NCBI GenBank assembly: GCA_040905395.1
Contig: JBBDRR010000168.1
Span: 6,102-70,101, forward strand
DNA: 64,000 nucleotides
DNA from: Gemmatimonadota bacterium
GTDB lineage: Bacteria; Gemmatimonadota; Gemmatimonadetes; Longimicrobiales; Longimicrobiaceae
Direction: 5' to 3'
A program made the position numbers and the translations under genes. Shown here one piece after another: positions 34,649 to 44,638 of the stretch (position 1 is its first letter; every line of letters begins with the position of its first letter). Below the pieces are notes generated by a model. That model ran no database searches, was not told the DNA's origin, and saw nothing but the letters and a program-made list of their open reading frames with translations.

Positions 34649-37027
34649 ATGAGCTCACACGCAGCAGAGGTTCTCGAATACCGGGACGCGCTCGGCGTCG
34701 TCGCCGGGCTGGCTTCGTCTGCGGTCGGCGCCGCCGCCGTGCGCGCCCTCCGGCCGTCGACGGAAGCCGGCCGGGTGCGGGAGCAGATCGCGCTCGTCGC
34801 CGAGGGCCTCGCTCTGCTCGGAGGGGAAGGCGGCTGGGGTATACCGGCCGTCCCCGACCTCGAGGAACCGCTCGGCCGCTTGCGGCTCGAGGGCTACGGC
34901 TGGGACGGCCCGACGTTGCGGCAGGCATCGCGACTGATCGACTCCTCCCGCACGGTCCGCCGCGCGCTGCTCGACGTCGACACCGAGGTCCCCGGGCTGG
35001 CGGCGATCGCGCGCGAGCTCGCGGAGTTGCCGGGGCTCCAGGAAGGCATCGACAGGGCGATCGACGAAGAGGGCGGGGTTCGCGACGAGGCGTCCCCCGA
35101 CCTGCGCCGGATCCGCCGCGAGATTCAGGGAGCGCGTGGGCGCATCGTCGCGCGCCTGACCGACTTCGCGGCGAGCATGCCCTCGCAGTACCAGGTGTCG
35201 GACGCGTCGATCAGCCTCCGCGAGGGCCGGTACGTCGTGCCGGTCCGTCGCGAGGGCCGGGGTGAAGTCGGGGGGATCGTGCACGGCGAATCCCAGACGG
35301 GGGCAACCCTCTTCATCGAGCCGCCTGTCGCCATCGAGATGATGAACCGACTGCGCGAGCTCGAGGCTGCCGAGGTGCGTGAGGTGCAGCGGATCCTCCG
35401 GGAGCTCACGGGGACGCTGCGGCCGCACGCCGATGCACTCGCCGCATCGCTCGACGCGCTCGTCCGGCTGGACAGCGTCTACGCCCGCGCCCGGTACGCC
35501 GCCCTCGTGGACGGGACCCCGCCCGAGATCGTCGAGGCAGAGGAGCCGATCGCCGTCGTGGACGGGCGGCACCCGCTCCTCCTCGCCCAGGGGGAAGATG
35601 TCGTGCCCTTCGATCTGCGGATGGAGCCGGGTGAGCGAACGCTCATCATCTCGGGTCCCAACACCGGCGGGAAAACGGTGCTGCTGAAGGCGATCGGCCT
35701 GCTGACGCTGCTCGCGCGCAGCGGCGTCGTGCCCCCCGTCGGTCCAGGCACCCGCCTTCCCCTCTTTACAGCGGTATACGCCGACATCGGTGACGAACAG
35801 TCGATCGAGGCGCCTCTCTCGACCTTCTCGGCGCATCTGAAGAACCTGCGGGAGGCGCTCGCGGGTGCCGACGCCTCGTCGCTCGTTCTGATCGACGAGA
35901 TCGGGAGCGGAACGGACCCGGTGGAGGGAGGGGCGCTCGCGCAGTCGATCCTTCTGGAGCTCACCGGCCGGTCCTCCTTCACCGTCGCGACGACCCATCT
36001 GGGCGCGCTCAAGCTCCTGGCCTCGGACGATTCCCGGATCGTGAACGCGTCGCTGCAGTTCGACTCCGACCGACTCGAGCCGACGTACCGGCTGGTCAAG
36101 GGCGTGCCCGGCAGATCGTACGGCCTGGCGATCGCGCGGCGCCTGGGTCTGCCGCCGGAGGTTCTTCAGGGTGCGGAGGACGCGCTGCCGCAGGGAGAGC
36201 GCGATGTCGGCAGGCTGCTGCTCGACCTGGAGGCGAAGGAGCAGCGGCTGACGGAGCTCGCCGCCGACCTCGACACACAGCTCGCCAGGGCGACCGGGAA
36301 GGCCGATGATCTGGCGTCGCGGGAGCGCGATCTCGAGCGTCGTGAACAGGACGCCGAGCGCCGGGCACGGCAGCAGGCCCGCGATCTCCTGATGAAGTCG
36401 CGCAGCGAGGTGGAGGCGGCGATCGAGGAGGTGCGCGGGGCGGCCGAGGGTGCGGCTCTCGACGAAGCGGCGCGCGCCGCACGGCGGCGAGTCGAGGAGG
36501 CCGCGCGCCGCCAGCGCGAGCGCACGCCCGACACGCCGAAGCCGAGGGGTGCGCCGAGGGCGGTGGAGGCCTTCGAGGTCGGCGCCCGTGTTCGGATCGA
36601 GTCGCTCGGGCGCACCGGGACGCTGCTGGAGCTGAGAGACGCCCGTGCCGTCGTGGACGCGGGCGGAATGCGCCTCCAGCTATCGATCGACGATCTCCGC
36701 ATGCTTCCGCCCGGCGACCAGAAGCCGGAGGGTCGCAGCGCGTCTGCCCGACCTGCGGGCGGCCGGATCGACGCGGACATGAACGCGTCGCCGGAGATCG
36801 ATCTCCGCGGGCTGCGCGTCGACGAGCTCGACCTTCGCCTCGCACGCGGCCTCGACAACGCCCTGATGGCCGGCCTGCCCTCCTTCCGCATCATCCACGG
36901 AAAGGGCACCGGCGCGCTCAGGGCGGAAGTCGAGGAGCTCCTGAAGAGCGATCCGCGGATCGCCAGCTTCCGGCCGGGGGAACGCTTCGAGGGCGGGACC
37001 GGCGTCACCGTCGTGGAGTTCGGCTGA
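34649..37027 (+). CDS. mutS2: Endonuclease MutS2
   Basis: 792 aa with the MutS ATPase (GPNTGGKTV, DEIGSGTDP), a coiled coil and a C-terminal Smr domain (IIHGKGTGALR). Confidence 0.95.
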   Translation: MSSHAAEVLEYRDALGVVAGLASSAVGAAAVRALRPSTEAGRVREQIALVAEGLALLGGEGGWGIPAVPDLEEPLGRLRLEGYGWDGPTLRQASRLIDSSRTVRRALLDVDTEVPGLAAIARELAELPGLQEGIDRAIDEEGGVRDEASPDLRRIRREIQGARGRIVARLTDFAASMPSQYQVSDASISLREGRYVVPVRREGRGEVGGIVHGESQTGATLFIEPPVAIEMMNRLRELEAAEVREVQRILRELTGTLRPHADALAASLDALVRLDSVYARARYAALVDGTPPEIVEAEEPIAVVDGRHPLLLAQGEDVVPFDLRMEPGERTLIISGPNTGGKTVLLKAIGLLTLLARSGVVPPVGPGTRLPLFTAVYADIGDEQSIEAPLSTFSAHLKNLREALAGADASSLVLIDEIGSGTDPVEGGALAQSILLELTGRSSFTVATTHLGALKLLASDDSRIVNASLQFDSDRLEPTYRLVKGVPGRSYGLAIARRLGLPPEVLQGAEDALPQGERDVGRLLLDLEAKEQRLTELAADLDTQLARATGKADDLASRERDLERREQDAERRARQQARDLLMKSRSEVEAAIEEVRGAAEGAALDEAARAARRRVEEAARRQRERTPDTPKPRGAPRAVEAFEVGARVRIESLGRTGTLLELRDARAVVDAGGMRLQLSIDDLRMLPPGDQKPEGRSASARPAGGRIDADMNASPEIDLRGLRVDELDLRLARGLDNALMAGLPSFRIIHGKGTGALRAEVEELLKSDPRIASFRPGERFEGGTGVTVVEFG

Positions 37028-37029
37028 CG

Positions 37030-38895
37030 ATGGCGATCCCCGACCACCTCATCGAAGAGGTCCGCGCCCGCGCCGATCTGGTAGAGATCGTCTCCGAGGC
37101 GACGCAGCTCAAGCGCTCCGGCCGGACGTTCCGGGGTCCATGCCCGCTCCATGGCGGGGAGGGCCCCAACTTCTCGGTCGATCCAGCCAGGAACATCTTC
37201 AAGTGCTTTACGTGTGGCGAGAGCGGTGATCTGTTCTCGTTCCCGATGAAGCATTTCGGGATGAGCTTCCTGGAAGCGGTTCGATGGATCGCGGCCCGCG
37301 TCGGCGTGGAGATTCCCGACGAGGACCGCGACGGTCCCGAGGAGGATCCGCATGCCGAGCTGCACGAGGCGAACGCTTTCGCCGCCGAGTGGTTCCGGGC
37401 GCGGCTGCTCGATCCGGACGAGGGGCAGGAAGCGCGCGACTACCTCGTCCGCCGCGGCATCACCCCCGAGATCAGCGAGCGCTTCGGGATCGGGTGGGCG
37501 CCGGAAAGCTGGTCCGCCCTGGCCGACGCCGCCGCCACCCGCGGCATCCGCCGCGAGACGCTCCTCGGCCTCGGCCTGCTGAAGGAATCCAACAAGGGTG
37601 GGCGCGAGCCGTACGACGCCTTCCGCGGCCGCGTCGTCTTCCCGATCGAGAACCTCGCCGGCCGCGTCGTTGCATTCGGCGGCCGCGTCATCGGACAGGT
37701 CGAGGATCACGTACCGAAATACCTCAATTCGCCCGAAAGCCCGGTCTACCACAAAGGCGACGTTCTCTACGGCCTGCGCTGGAGCCGGGGTGCGATACGG
37801 AAGCAGGAGGCTGCGCTCGTCGTGGAGGGCTACATGGACTACGTCTCCCTCGCTTCGCACGGCATCGAGAACCTCGTCGCCCCGCTCGGCACCGCGCTGA
37901 CGCAGCAGCAGGCCGAGCTCCTCGCCCGCTACGCGCCGCGTGTCATACTGCTCTATGACAGCGATACAGCCGGCCTGAAGGCGACGTTTCGGGCCGGTGA
38001 CGAGCTGCTCAGGGCCGGCGTCGAGGTACTCGTCGCCACGCTACCCGACGGTGAGGACCCCGACTCGCTGGTCCGGAGCGGGGGTGCGCCCCTCCTGCGG
38101 CGGTACATGCACGACGCGGTGGACCTTCTCGAGCGCAAGATCCAGATCCTGGAGCGCAAGAACTTCTTCTCGACGATCGCGGGGAAGCGAAGGGCGGTCG
38201 ACGCACTCCTCCCGAGCGTACGCGCCGCCTCGGACGAGGTGTTGCGGGGTCTCTACGTGGATCGGATCGCGGAGCGGACGGGTCTGCCGAAGGAGACGAT
38301 CGCGCGCGAGGTGGAGGCGGGGGATGGGCGGCGGGGGGGGCGGCAGGGCGACCCGCGTCGCCAGCAGGCGCAGCCCGTGCCCCCGGGCGGGCGTGGTGCG
38401 CGCGAATCGTTCGAAGCTCCGCGGCTGGGCGCCGAGCGCAACCTCATCCTGCTCCTCCTGCGGGACGAGCAGTGGCTCGAACGGGCCGCGGAACGGCTGG
38501 GCGAGGCGGACTTCCTGGATCCCGTCTACCGGCAGATCTTCAGCGAGCTTCTGCACCTCCATGCGGAGGGTGGCAGAGGGCAGGGCACGGATTGGCTGCA
38601 CTCGCTGGATCCGGCGGTCGCCAGCCGGGCGGAGGAGCTTCTCTCGGACCCAGAAGGGTGGCAGCTCGCACACCCGGACCGATTCTTCGAGGAGAACCTC
38701 AGGGAGATGGAATCGCGTGGTCAGCGTGGCCAGTCGGCGCAGCTCGACAGGGAGATCCGCGCGACCGAGCAGGGCCGGCAAAGCGAGGCGCTCAATGAAA
38801 AGCTCGCGCTGCGACGGTCGGTCCAGCAGTCTGGAGGTCTCTGGAAGGCGCCCCGGACCGGGGAGCGGGGTCCGGCCGACGATGTCGGAGAATGA
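37030..38895 (+). CDS. dnaG: DNA primase
   Basis: 621 aa with a CHC2 zinc finger (CPLHGGEGPNFSVDPARNIFKCFTCGESGD), a TOPRIM region (VVEGYMDY, YDSDTAG) and a C-terminal helical domain. Confidence 0.95.
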   Translation: MAIPDHLIEEVRARADLVEIVSEATQLKRSGRTFRGPCPLHGGEGPNFSVDPARNIFKCFTCGESGDLFSFPMKHFGMSFLEAVRWIAARVGVEIPDEDRDGPEEDPHAELHEANAFAAEWFRARLLDPDEGQEARDYLVRRGITPEISERFGIGWAPESWSALADAAATRGIRRETLLGLGLLKESNKGGREPYDAFRGRVVFPIENLAGRVVAFGGRVIGQVEDHVPKYLNSPESPVYHKGDVLYGLRWSRGAIRKQEAALVVEGYMDYVSLASHGIENLVAPLGTALTQQQAELLARYAPRVILLYDSDTAGLKATFRAGDELLRAGVEVLVATLPDGEDPDSLVRSGGAPLLRRYMHDAVDLLERKIQILERKNFFSTIAGKRRAVDALLPSVRAASDEVLRGLYVDRIAERTGLPKETIAREVEAGDGRRGGRQGDPRRQQAQPVPPGGRGARESFEAPRLGAERNLILLLLRDEQWLERAAERLGEADFLDPVYRQIFSELLHLHAEGGRGQGTDWLHSLDPAVASRAEELLSDPEGWQLAHPDRFFEENLREMESRGQRGQSAQLDREIRATEQGRQSEALNEKLALRRSVQQSGGLWKAPRTGERGPADDVGE

Positions 38896-38938
38896 TGGGC
38901 CACCCGCTATGCGGCCGTGATTTCGAGGTTCGGGCCGG

Positions 38939-39148
38939 TTGCTGAGCGTCGATCCGGGCATCTGCTCGAGCTGCCTGCACGCGCGGGTGCTCGAATCCCG
39001 CCGCGGGTCCAGCTTCCTGCTCTGTGAGCTTTCCGCCGTGGACGACCGCTTTCCGCGATATCCGCCGCTACCGGTTCTCTCGTGCGCCGGGTGGGAGTGG
39101 CGGGAGATCTCGGGGTCGGGCGGGAGCGCACCCGCACCCGGCTCGTGA
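38939..39148 (+). CDS. Hypothetical small Cys-rich protein
   Basis: 69 aa with a TTG start and high GC3. The pattern is CxxC...RGSSFLLCE...DDRFPRYPPLPVLSC. I believe similar small proteins exist in other genomes but cannot name a family. Confidence 0.45.
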   Translation: MLSVDPGICSSCLHARVLESRRGSSFLLCELSAVDDRFPRYPPLPVLSCAGWEWREISGSGGSAPAPGS

Positions 39149-39297
39149 GGATCTGGGACGTCGATCCACCCGACGAGCAGCTCAGCATCCTGCGGGAGAA
39201 GCCGTGCTCATGCCCGCGGGAGAGCGTGTGACGAGCGCCGGATTCGGGTCGCTTCATTGCTTGCCCGGCCGCTCCGCGGCGGCTTACCTTTCCGGCC

Positions 39298-41055
39298 ATG
39301 CCAGCCACCTCCGTCCAGTTCCCGACAATCGCATCCGTGCGCCCCGAGTGGCTTCTCGCGGACCCGCCCGACCCGGCGGCAGTGTCGTCTCTCTGCGCGG
39401 AGCTGGGCCTGCCGGAGCCGATCTGCCGGCTCCTCGTCTCCCGCGGATACGCCGACCCGGCCCACGCCCGCGCCTTCCTGCGACCGAACCCCGCTCAGAT
39501 CCACCCGCCGCACCTGCTGGCCGGGATGGGGGGCGCCGTGGAGCGCCTGGCTGTCGCAGCCGCTCGCGGAGAGACGGTGCTGATCCACGGCGATTACGAC
39601 GTCGATGGAATCTGCGCGACGGCGCTGCTCGTTCGCGCCTTCACGATGATGGGTCTCCGCTGTGTCCCCTTCGTTCCGCACCGCCTGCGTGACGGCTACG
39701 ACCTGACCGATGCCGGAGTAGCGGCCGCGCAGCGCGCCGGTGCGACGCTCATCGTAACGGCTGATTGCGGGATCGTCGCCGACGAGGCCGTGCGGCAGGC
39801 GAGGCTCGCGGGCCTCGACGTCATCGTCACCGACCACCATACTCCGGGAGCGTCCCTTCCGGACGCCTTCGCCGTGATCAACCCGAGCCGACCGGACTGT
39901 GATTATCCGGAGAAGGGTCTGGCGGGGGTCGGAGTCGCGTTCAAGCTCGCCGCGGCGCTCGCCGACCGGCTCGATTTCCCGTCCGAGCGGCTGACGTCCT
40001 TTCTCGACCTGGTCGCCATCGCGACCATTGCGGATCTCGCCCCGCTAACGTCGGAGAACCGGGCTCTCGTCCGGTGGGGGCTCGCGGTGCTCGCGCGGAC
40101 GCCGAACGTCGGACTCCGGGCGCTCATCCGCAGCTGTGGACTGGGCGATCACGAGGAGATCACCGCCGGGCAGATCGGTTTCGTCCTCGCGCCGCGACTC
40201 AACGCCGCCGGCAGGATGGGCGATGCAATGCGGGGAGTCAGGCTCCTGTTGACAGACGATCCGCGGGAAGGGGAGGCCCTTGCGGCGGAGCTCGAGCTGG
40301 AGAATCGTCGTCGCCGCGACCTCGACGAGGAGACCCTCGCCGACGCGTTGCGGATGCTGGAGAACAGCTACGATCCGGAGCGCGACTTCGGACTCGTTCT
40401 CGCGTCGGACCGCTGGCATCCGGGCGTCATCGGAATCGTCGCCTCGCGGGTGGTCGAGCGGATTCACCGGCCTACCGTCCTCGTCGCCCTCCGCGATGGC
40501 GAGGGGAAGGGGAGCGGCCGGTCGATACCCGGCTTTCACCTGCAGAAGGCGCTGGTGGAATGTGCCCCCTTCCTACTGCGCTACGGCGGACATCGGGCGG
40601 CTGCGGGATGCTCGGTCGCCCCGGAGCGGCTGAGTGAGTTCAGAATGGCATTCAACGCCGTAGCCCGGGGAATGCTCGAGGAGAGGCGGCCCGTTCCGAC
40701 GCTGCGGCTCGACGGCGAGATCCCGCTGTCCCACGCGAGTCGCGACCTCGTCCGGTTGCTGCGCCATTTTTCGCCGTTCGGGATCGGCAACCCCACGCCG
40801 GTCTTCGCCGCGTACGGCGTAGCGATCGCCGGCGTCCCCAGGATCGTCGGCAAGGGTCACCTGAAGATCGTCCTGGCCGCCGACGACAGCAGACTGGACG
40901 CGATCGGCTTCGGGATGGCGGATCGCATCGACTCGTGCACCGGCCGACGTATCGATGTCGCGTTCAAGCTCGAGGAGAACAGCTGGCAGGGGCGCGACGG
41001 GGCAATCCGCACCTCTGTTCAGGCACGGCTGGTGGACTTCAGACCGGCGCAGTGA
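39298..41055 (+). CDS. recJ: Single-stranded-DNA-specific exonuclease RecJ
   Basis: 585 aa with DHH motifs (HGDYDVDGI, TADCG, VTDHH), a DHHA1 region (GGHRAAAG) and a C-terminal OB-like region. Confidence 0.95.
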   Translation: MPATSVQFPTIASVRPEWLLADPPDPAAVSSLCAELGLPEPICRLLVSRGYADPAHARAFLRPNPAQIHPPHLLAGMGGAVERLAVAAARGETVLIHGDYDVDGICATALLVRAFTMMGLRCVPFVPHRLRDGYDLTDAGVAAAQRAGATLIVTADCGIVADEAVRQARLAGLDVIVTDHHTPGASLPDAFAVINPSRPDCDYPEKGLAGVGVAFKLAAALADRLDFPSERLTSFLDLVAIATIADLAPLTSENRALVRWGLAVLARTPNVGLRALIRSCGLGDHEEITAGQIGFVLAPRLNAAGRMGDAMRGVRLLLTDDPREGEALAAELELENRRRRDLDEETLADALRMLENSYDPERDFGLVLASDRWHPGVIGIVASRVVERIHRPTVLVALRDGEGKGSGRSIPGFHLQKALVECAPFLLRYGGHRAAAGCSVAPERLSEFRMAFNAVARGMLEERRPVPTLRLDGEIPLSHASRDLVRLLRHFSPFGIGNPTPVFAAYGVAIAGVPRIVGKGHLKIVLAADDSRLDAIGFGMADRIDSCTGRRIDVAFKLEENSWQGRDGAIRTSVQARLVDFRPAQ

Positions 41056-41591
41056 GAATCATCGGTGGAGAGTGGGGCGGCCGGAGGATCAGCGCCCCGG
41101 CCGGACGTGACACGCGGCCGACGACCGACCGGGTTCGCGAAGCATGGATGAGCGCCGTGGCGCCCTGGCTTCCGGGTGCCGACGTGCTCGATCTGTATGC
41201 GGGTTCGGGGGCGCTGGGAATCGAGGCACTCTCCCGCGGAGCGGCCCGCGCTACCTTCGTGGAGACGGCGTCGGCGGCGGCCCGCGTCATACAGGCGAAC
41301 CTGTCGGCGCTCGCCGTTCCAGCCGATCGGGTTCGGGTGATCCGCACCGATGCCTTACTCTTCGTCGCCGGCCTCGACCGCTGCGAATACACGGTGGCTT
41401 TCGCCGATCCTCCGTACGGCACCGGGGCCGCCGCCCGGCTGGCTGGGATCTTCCGCGCGACGCCTTTCGCACGGGTGCTGACGGTCGAACATTCCCGTGA
41501 CGAGTCGATTCCACCGGCCCCCGACCTCCGGACGCGCCGCTACGGCGACACAACCCTCTCCTTCCTGACCGCCGACGATGACAGCGACTGA
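41052..41591 (+). CDS. rsmD: 16S rRNA (guanine966-N2)-methyltransferase
   Basis: 179 aa with RIIGGEWGGRRI, TRPTTDRVREA and ADPPY motifs. GTGA overlap with recJ. rsmD-coaD synteny. Confidence 0.9.
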   Translation: MRIIGGEWGGRRISAPAGRDTRPTTDRVREAWMSAVAPWLPGADVLDLYAGSGALGIEALSRGAARATFVETASAAARVIQANLSALAVPADRVRVIRTDALLFVAGLDRCEYTVAFADPPYGTGAAARLAGIFRATPFARVLTVEHSRDESIPPAPDLRTRRYGDTTLSFLTADDDSD

Positions 41592-42078
41592 ACGGATCGC
41601 GATCTGCCCCGGCTCGTTCGATCCCATCACCCTCGGGCACCAGGACATCATCGAGCGCGCACTGCGGATCGTCGATCGTGTGGTCGTGGCAGTCTCATGG
41701 AACTCCTCTCACGTCAAACAGGGGATGTTTACCGTAGAGGACCGCTTGACCATGATCCGGGAGGTGTTCAGCGGCGAACCGCGGGTGGAGGCTGCCGAGT
41801 TCCAGGGGCTGCTGGTGGACTTCGCGCGAACCCGAAGCGCCGATCTCGTGGTCCGCGGGCTCCGCGGAGTCAGGGACTTCGAGTACGAGTTCCAGATGGT
41901 GCAGATGAATCGGACCCTCGATCCGACCATCGAGACTCTCTTCCTCGCGCCGGCCGCCGACGTATCGCACATCTCATCATCGCTCGTGCGGGAGATTTCT
42001 CGACTCGGCGGCGACGCAGCCTCCTTCGTCCCGGAGCCGGTGCTGCGCCGGCTCGAGGAGCGCTCTCGAAGCGCCTAG
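41578..42078 (+). CDS. coaD: Phosphopantetheine adenylyltransferase
   Basis: 166 aa with CPGSFDPITLGHQDII and ISSSLVRE motifs. 14-nt overlap with rsmD. Confidence 0.95.
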   Translation: MTATERIAICPGSFDPITLGHQDIIERALRIVDRVVVAVSWNSSHVKQGMFTVEDRLTMIREVFSGEPRVEAAEFQGLLVDFARTRSADLVVRGLRGVRDFEYEFQMVQMNRTLDPTIETLFLAPAADVSHISSSLVREISRLGGDAASFVPEPVLRRLEERSRSA

Positions 42079-42152
42079 CCGGGCTGCCGCGCGACGGTGC
42101 AAGCATGCCCGCCGCCACCGCCGGGTCCACGCTTTCGTTCCGGCGCCAGTCA

Positions 42153-42168
42153 TGGCACACCGCTTGCC
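42153..42168 (+). promoter_or_regulatory. Candidate sigma-54 (-24/-12) promoter TGGCACaccgcTTGCC
   Basis: Exact TGGCAC-N5-TTGC. It lies about 51 nt before the STAS gene ATG, which itself has a GGAGGA Shine-Dalgarno. Confidence 0.55.
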
Positions 42169-42218
42169 GCCGTCGGTACACTCTCGAGGTTCCCAACTTA
42201 CGTGTTAGCGGAGGATTC

Positions 42219-42551
42219 ATGAGCTTCCATACGTCGCAGGAAAACGGGGTCGTGGTGGTGGATGTGGACGGTCAGCTCATCGTGGGCAACCGGCAGGAGC
42301 TCAAGCAGAAGGTGCTGGACGAGCTCGAAGGTGGGGAGCGGAAGTTCCTGATCGACTTCGCGAACACGGGCTACATCGATTCGTCGGGCCTCGGCGTTCT
42401 CGTGAGCCTCTCGAAGAAGATCCGGGAGCAGGGTGGCGAGCTGCGGCTGTCGAATCTGAATGAGGACCTGCGCACGCTCTTCGAGCTGACCAAGCTCGAC
42501 ACGCTCTTCAGCATCGCCGATTCGCGGGAAGAGGCGCTCTCCAGCTTCTGA
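42219..42551 (+). CDS. STAS-domain anti-sigma-factor antagonist
   Basis: 110 aa. The FANTGYIDSSGLGVLVSL motif contains the phosphorylatable Ser, typical of SpoIIAA/RsbV. Confidence 0.9.
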   Translation: MSFHTSQENGVVVVDVDGQLIVGNRQELKQKVLDELEGGERKFLIDFANTGYIDSSGLGVLVSLSKKIREQGGELRLSNLNEDLRTLFELTKLDTLFSIADSREEALSSF

Positions 42552-42594
42552 TCCCGACGGCCATCGTGGGTCTCACCCGCCGCTCTCGCCCTCG

Positions 42595-43080
42595 ATGAAC
42601 GACGAGAGCGCCTTCGCCGGGTCGGAAGGCGCCGAGAGTCGCCCGGCGGAGTTCACCCTCGAGCTGCCCAGCGATCTTCGGATGATCGAGGCGGCCGTCG
42701 GCTACCTCGTCAGCCGATGCCGGGCCTTCGCCTTCGAAGGCCCGCGGCTCGATCTCAACTTCCGTGTCGGCGTCACCGAAGCAATCGCCAACGCGGTCCT
42801 CTACGGCAATTCGAGCGATCCGGACAAGACCGTCCGTGTGGACGTCTCGCTGGACGACCAGCGCGTCGTTATCTGTGTCGCGGACGAGGGCGAGGGCTTC
42901 GACCCCGCCGGCGTTCCGGATCCCACCGCACCCGGCAACCTCGATTCTCCCGGCGGACGCGGGCTCTTCCTGATCCGCAAGCTGATGGACGAGATCGAAT
43001 ACAACGATCGCGGCAATGCCGTGCGCATGGTGCTGGTGCGTACGGTGCCGGCTCGCCGGTCGGGAAAGGGAAAGCGATGA
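42595..43080 (+). CDS. RsbW/SpoIIAB-like anti-sigma serine kinase (HATPase_c)
   Basis: 161 aa with an N-box (EAIANAVLYGN) and G-boxes (DEGEGF, GGRGLFLI). Confidence 0.85.
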   Translation: MNDESAFAGSEGAESRPAEFTLELPSDLRMIEAAVGYLVSRCRAFAFEGPRLDLNFRVGVTEAIANAVLYGNSSDPDKTVRVDVSLDDQRVVICVADEGEGFDPAGVPDPTAPGNLDSPGGRGLFLIRKLMDEIEYNDRGNAVRMVLVRTVPARRSGKGKR

Positions 43081-44630
43081 ACCAGACAGTCGAGTCGCCG
43101 ACGGCCACCACCGACGAGCTCCGGCAACTGCTGGACAGCTACGCGCAGGCGCACGGCGTCGACGTCTGGTTTTGGCAGCGTCTGGAGGACGGCTGGTCCG
43201 TCACCGCCTCCACCGGAACGCCGAGATCGGTCGAGCCGCGTCCCGACGCAATCCGGATCGACTTTCCTCACGGCCCCGAGAGCCGGATCGAGATCAGCTC
43301 CGGAGAGGAGGGCGCTTGTCGATTCCTCGCGACTCAGCTCGGCCGGCTGCTGAGGCACCAGGCCGAGAGCCGCTTCTTCGGTCGGGAGCTTGCCGAGCGT
43401 TATGAGGAGATCACGCTTCTCTACACGATCAGTGAGATCCTCGGCTCCGTGATCTCCCTCGAGGAGGCGGCGACCACCATTCTCGCGGAGGTGGTCGATA
43501 CCCTCGCGGTTCGGCGCGCCGCACTCTGGGTCCACGACGAGGAAGCCGGTATCCTCGACCTGATCGCGGCGGTCGGAGGTCCCGGACAGCCCGGCCCGAT
43601 CGTGGTCGACGACGAGACTTCCATCACCGCGACGGTCTTTCGCAACCGGCGCCCGATGATCCTGGAGCCGGGCGAGGTCTTCCCACGCGACGAGCGTTCG
43701 ACCGGCGGTTCCAACCGCGAATCGTTCCTCTCGGTCCCCGTCAGCTACACCCCCCCGCGCGGAGAGTCGCGCACCATCGGCGTCATCAACCTCGTGGGGC
43801 GGACGGCCGAAGAACCCTTCTCCGCGGGCGATCAGAAGCTGATCACCGCCATCGCCAGTCAGATCGGCGCCGCTGTCGAGAACAACCGACTCGTCGCCGA
43901 CAGCCTGCAGCAGGAGCGAATGGTTCGAGAGATGGAGCTCGCGCACGACCTCCAGCTCAAGCTCCTCCCCTCGACCGAGCAGTTCCGCGATCACGCCGAA
44001 GTCGCCGCCCGCTGCGCCCCGGCCGACTCCGTCGGCGGCGACTTCTACCATCTCTTCCGCCTCCCGGGCGGTCGCCTCGGCGTGATGATCGGCGACGTCT
44101 CCAGCCACGGCTTCGCCGCGGCGCTCATCATGGCGCTGACGATGAGCGCCGTCGCCATCCACGCCTCGGAGGGCGACCAGCCCGCCGAGGTGCTCCGCCG
44201 CCTCCATCGGGCGCTGATCGACGAGCTCGAGACCACCGAGATGTATCTCACGCTCTTCTACGGCGTCATCGATCCCGTCAACGGCACCCTCACCTTCGCG
44301 AACGCGGGACACTCCCCGGCCTTCCTCATCCCCGGCGAGGGGCCCCCACGACGGCTCCGGGCGACCAATCCCCCGTTCGGAATCGTCGATCTCGACAACT
44401 ACGGCGAGGAGACCGTCCCCTGGACGCCGAAGAAGGACACCCTGCTCCTCTTCACCGACGGCCTTTCCGACGCGATCAGCGCCTCCAACGGGGAGGAGAC
44501 GATCGTCCGTCTCGTCCACGGTCGGCGCGGCGATTCGGTCGACCGACTGCTCTCGGCACTCTTCACGCTCGAGCAAGCCGACGGAGACGTACCGTCCGAT
44601 GATCGCTCCGCCGTTCTCGTCCGCGTCTGA
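43077..44630 (+). CDS. GAF-domain PP2C (SpoIIE/RsbU-type) serine phosphatase
   Basis: 517 aa. ATGA overlap with the kinase. It has a central GAF-like region and a C-terminal PP2C (GGDFYH, GDVSSHG, TDGLSD). Confidence 0.9.
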   Translation: MNQTVESPTATTDELRQLLDSYAQAHGVDVWFWQRLEDGWSVTASTGTPRSVEPRPDAIRIDFPHGPESRIEISSGEEGACRFLATQLGRLLRHQAESRFFGRELAERYEEITLLYTISEILGSVISLEEAATTILAEVVDTLAVRRAALWVHDEEAGILDLIAAVGGPGQPGPIVVDDETSITATVFRNRRPMILEPGEVFPRDERSTGGSNRESFLSVPVSYTPPRGESRTIGVINLVGRTAEEPFSAGDQKLITAIASQIGAAVENNRLVADSLQQERMVREMELAHDLQLKLLPSTEQFRDHAEVAARCAPADSVGGDFYHLFRLPGGRLGVMIGDVSSHGFAAALIMALTMSAVAIHASEGDQPAEVLRRLHRALIDELETTEMYLTLFYGVIDPVNGTLTFANAGHSPAFLIPGEGPPRRLRATNPPFGIVDLDNYGEETVPWTPKKDTLLLFTDGLSDAISASNGEETIVRLVHGRRGDSVDRLLSALFTLEQADGDVPSDDRSAVLVRV

Positions 44631-44638
44631 GCCTCGTC

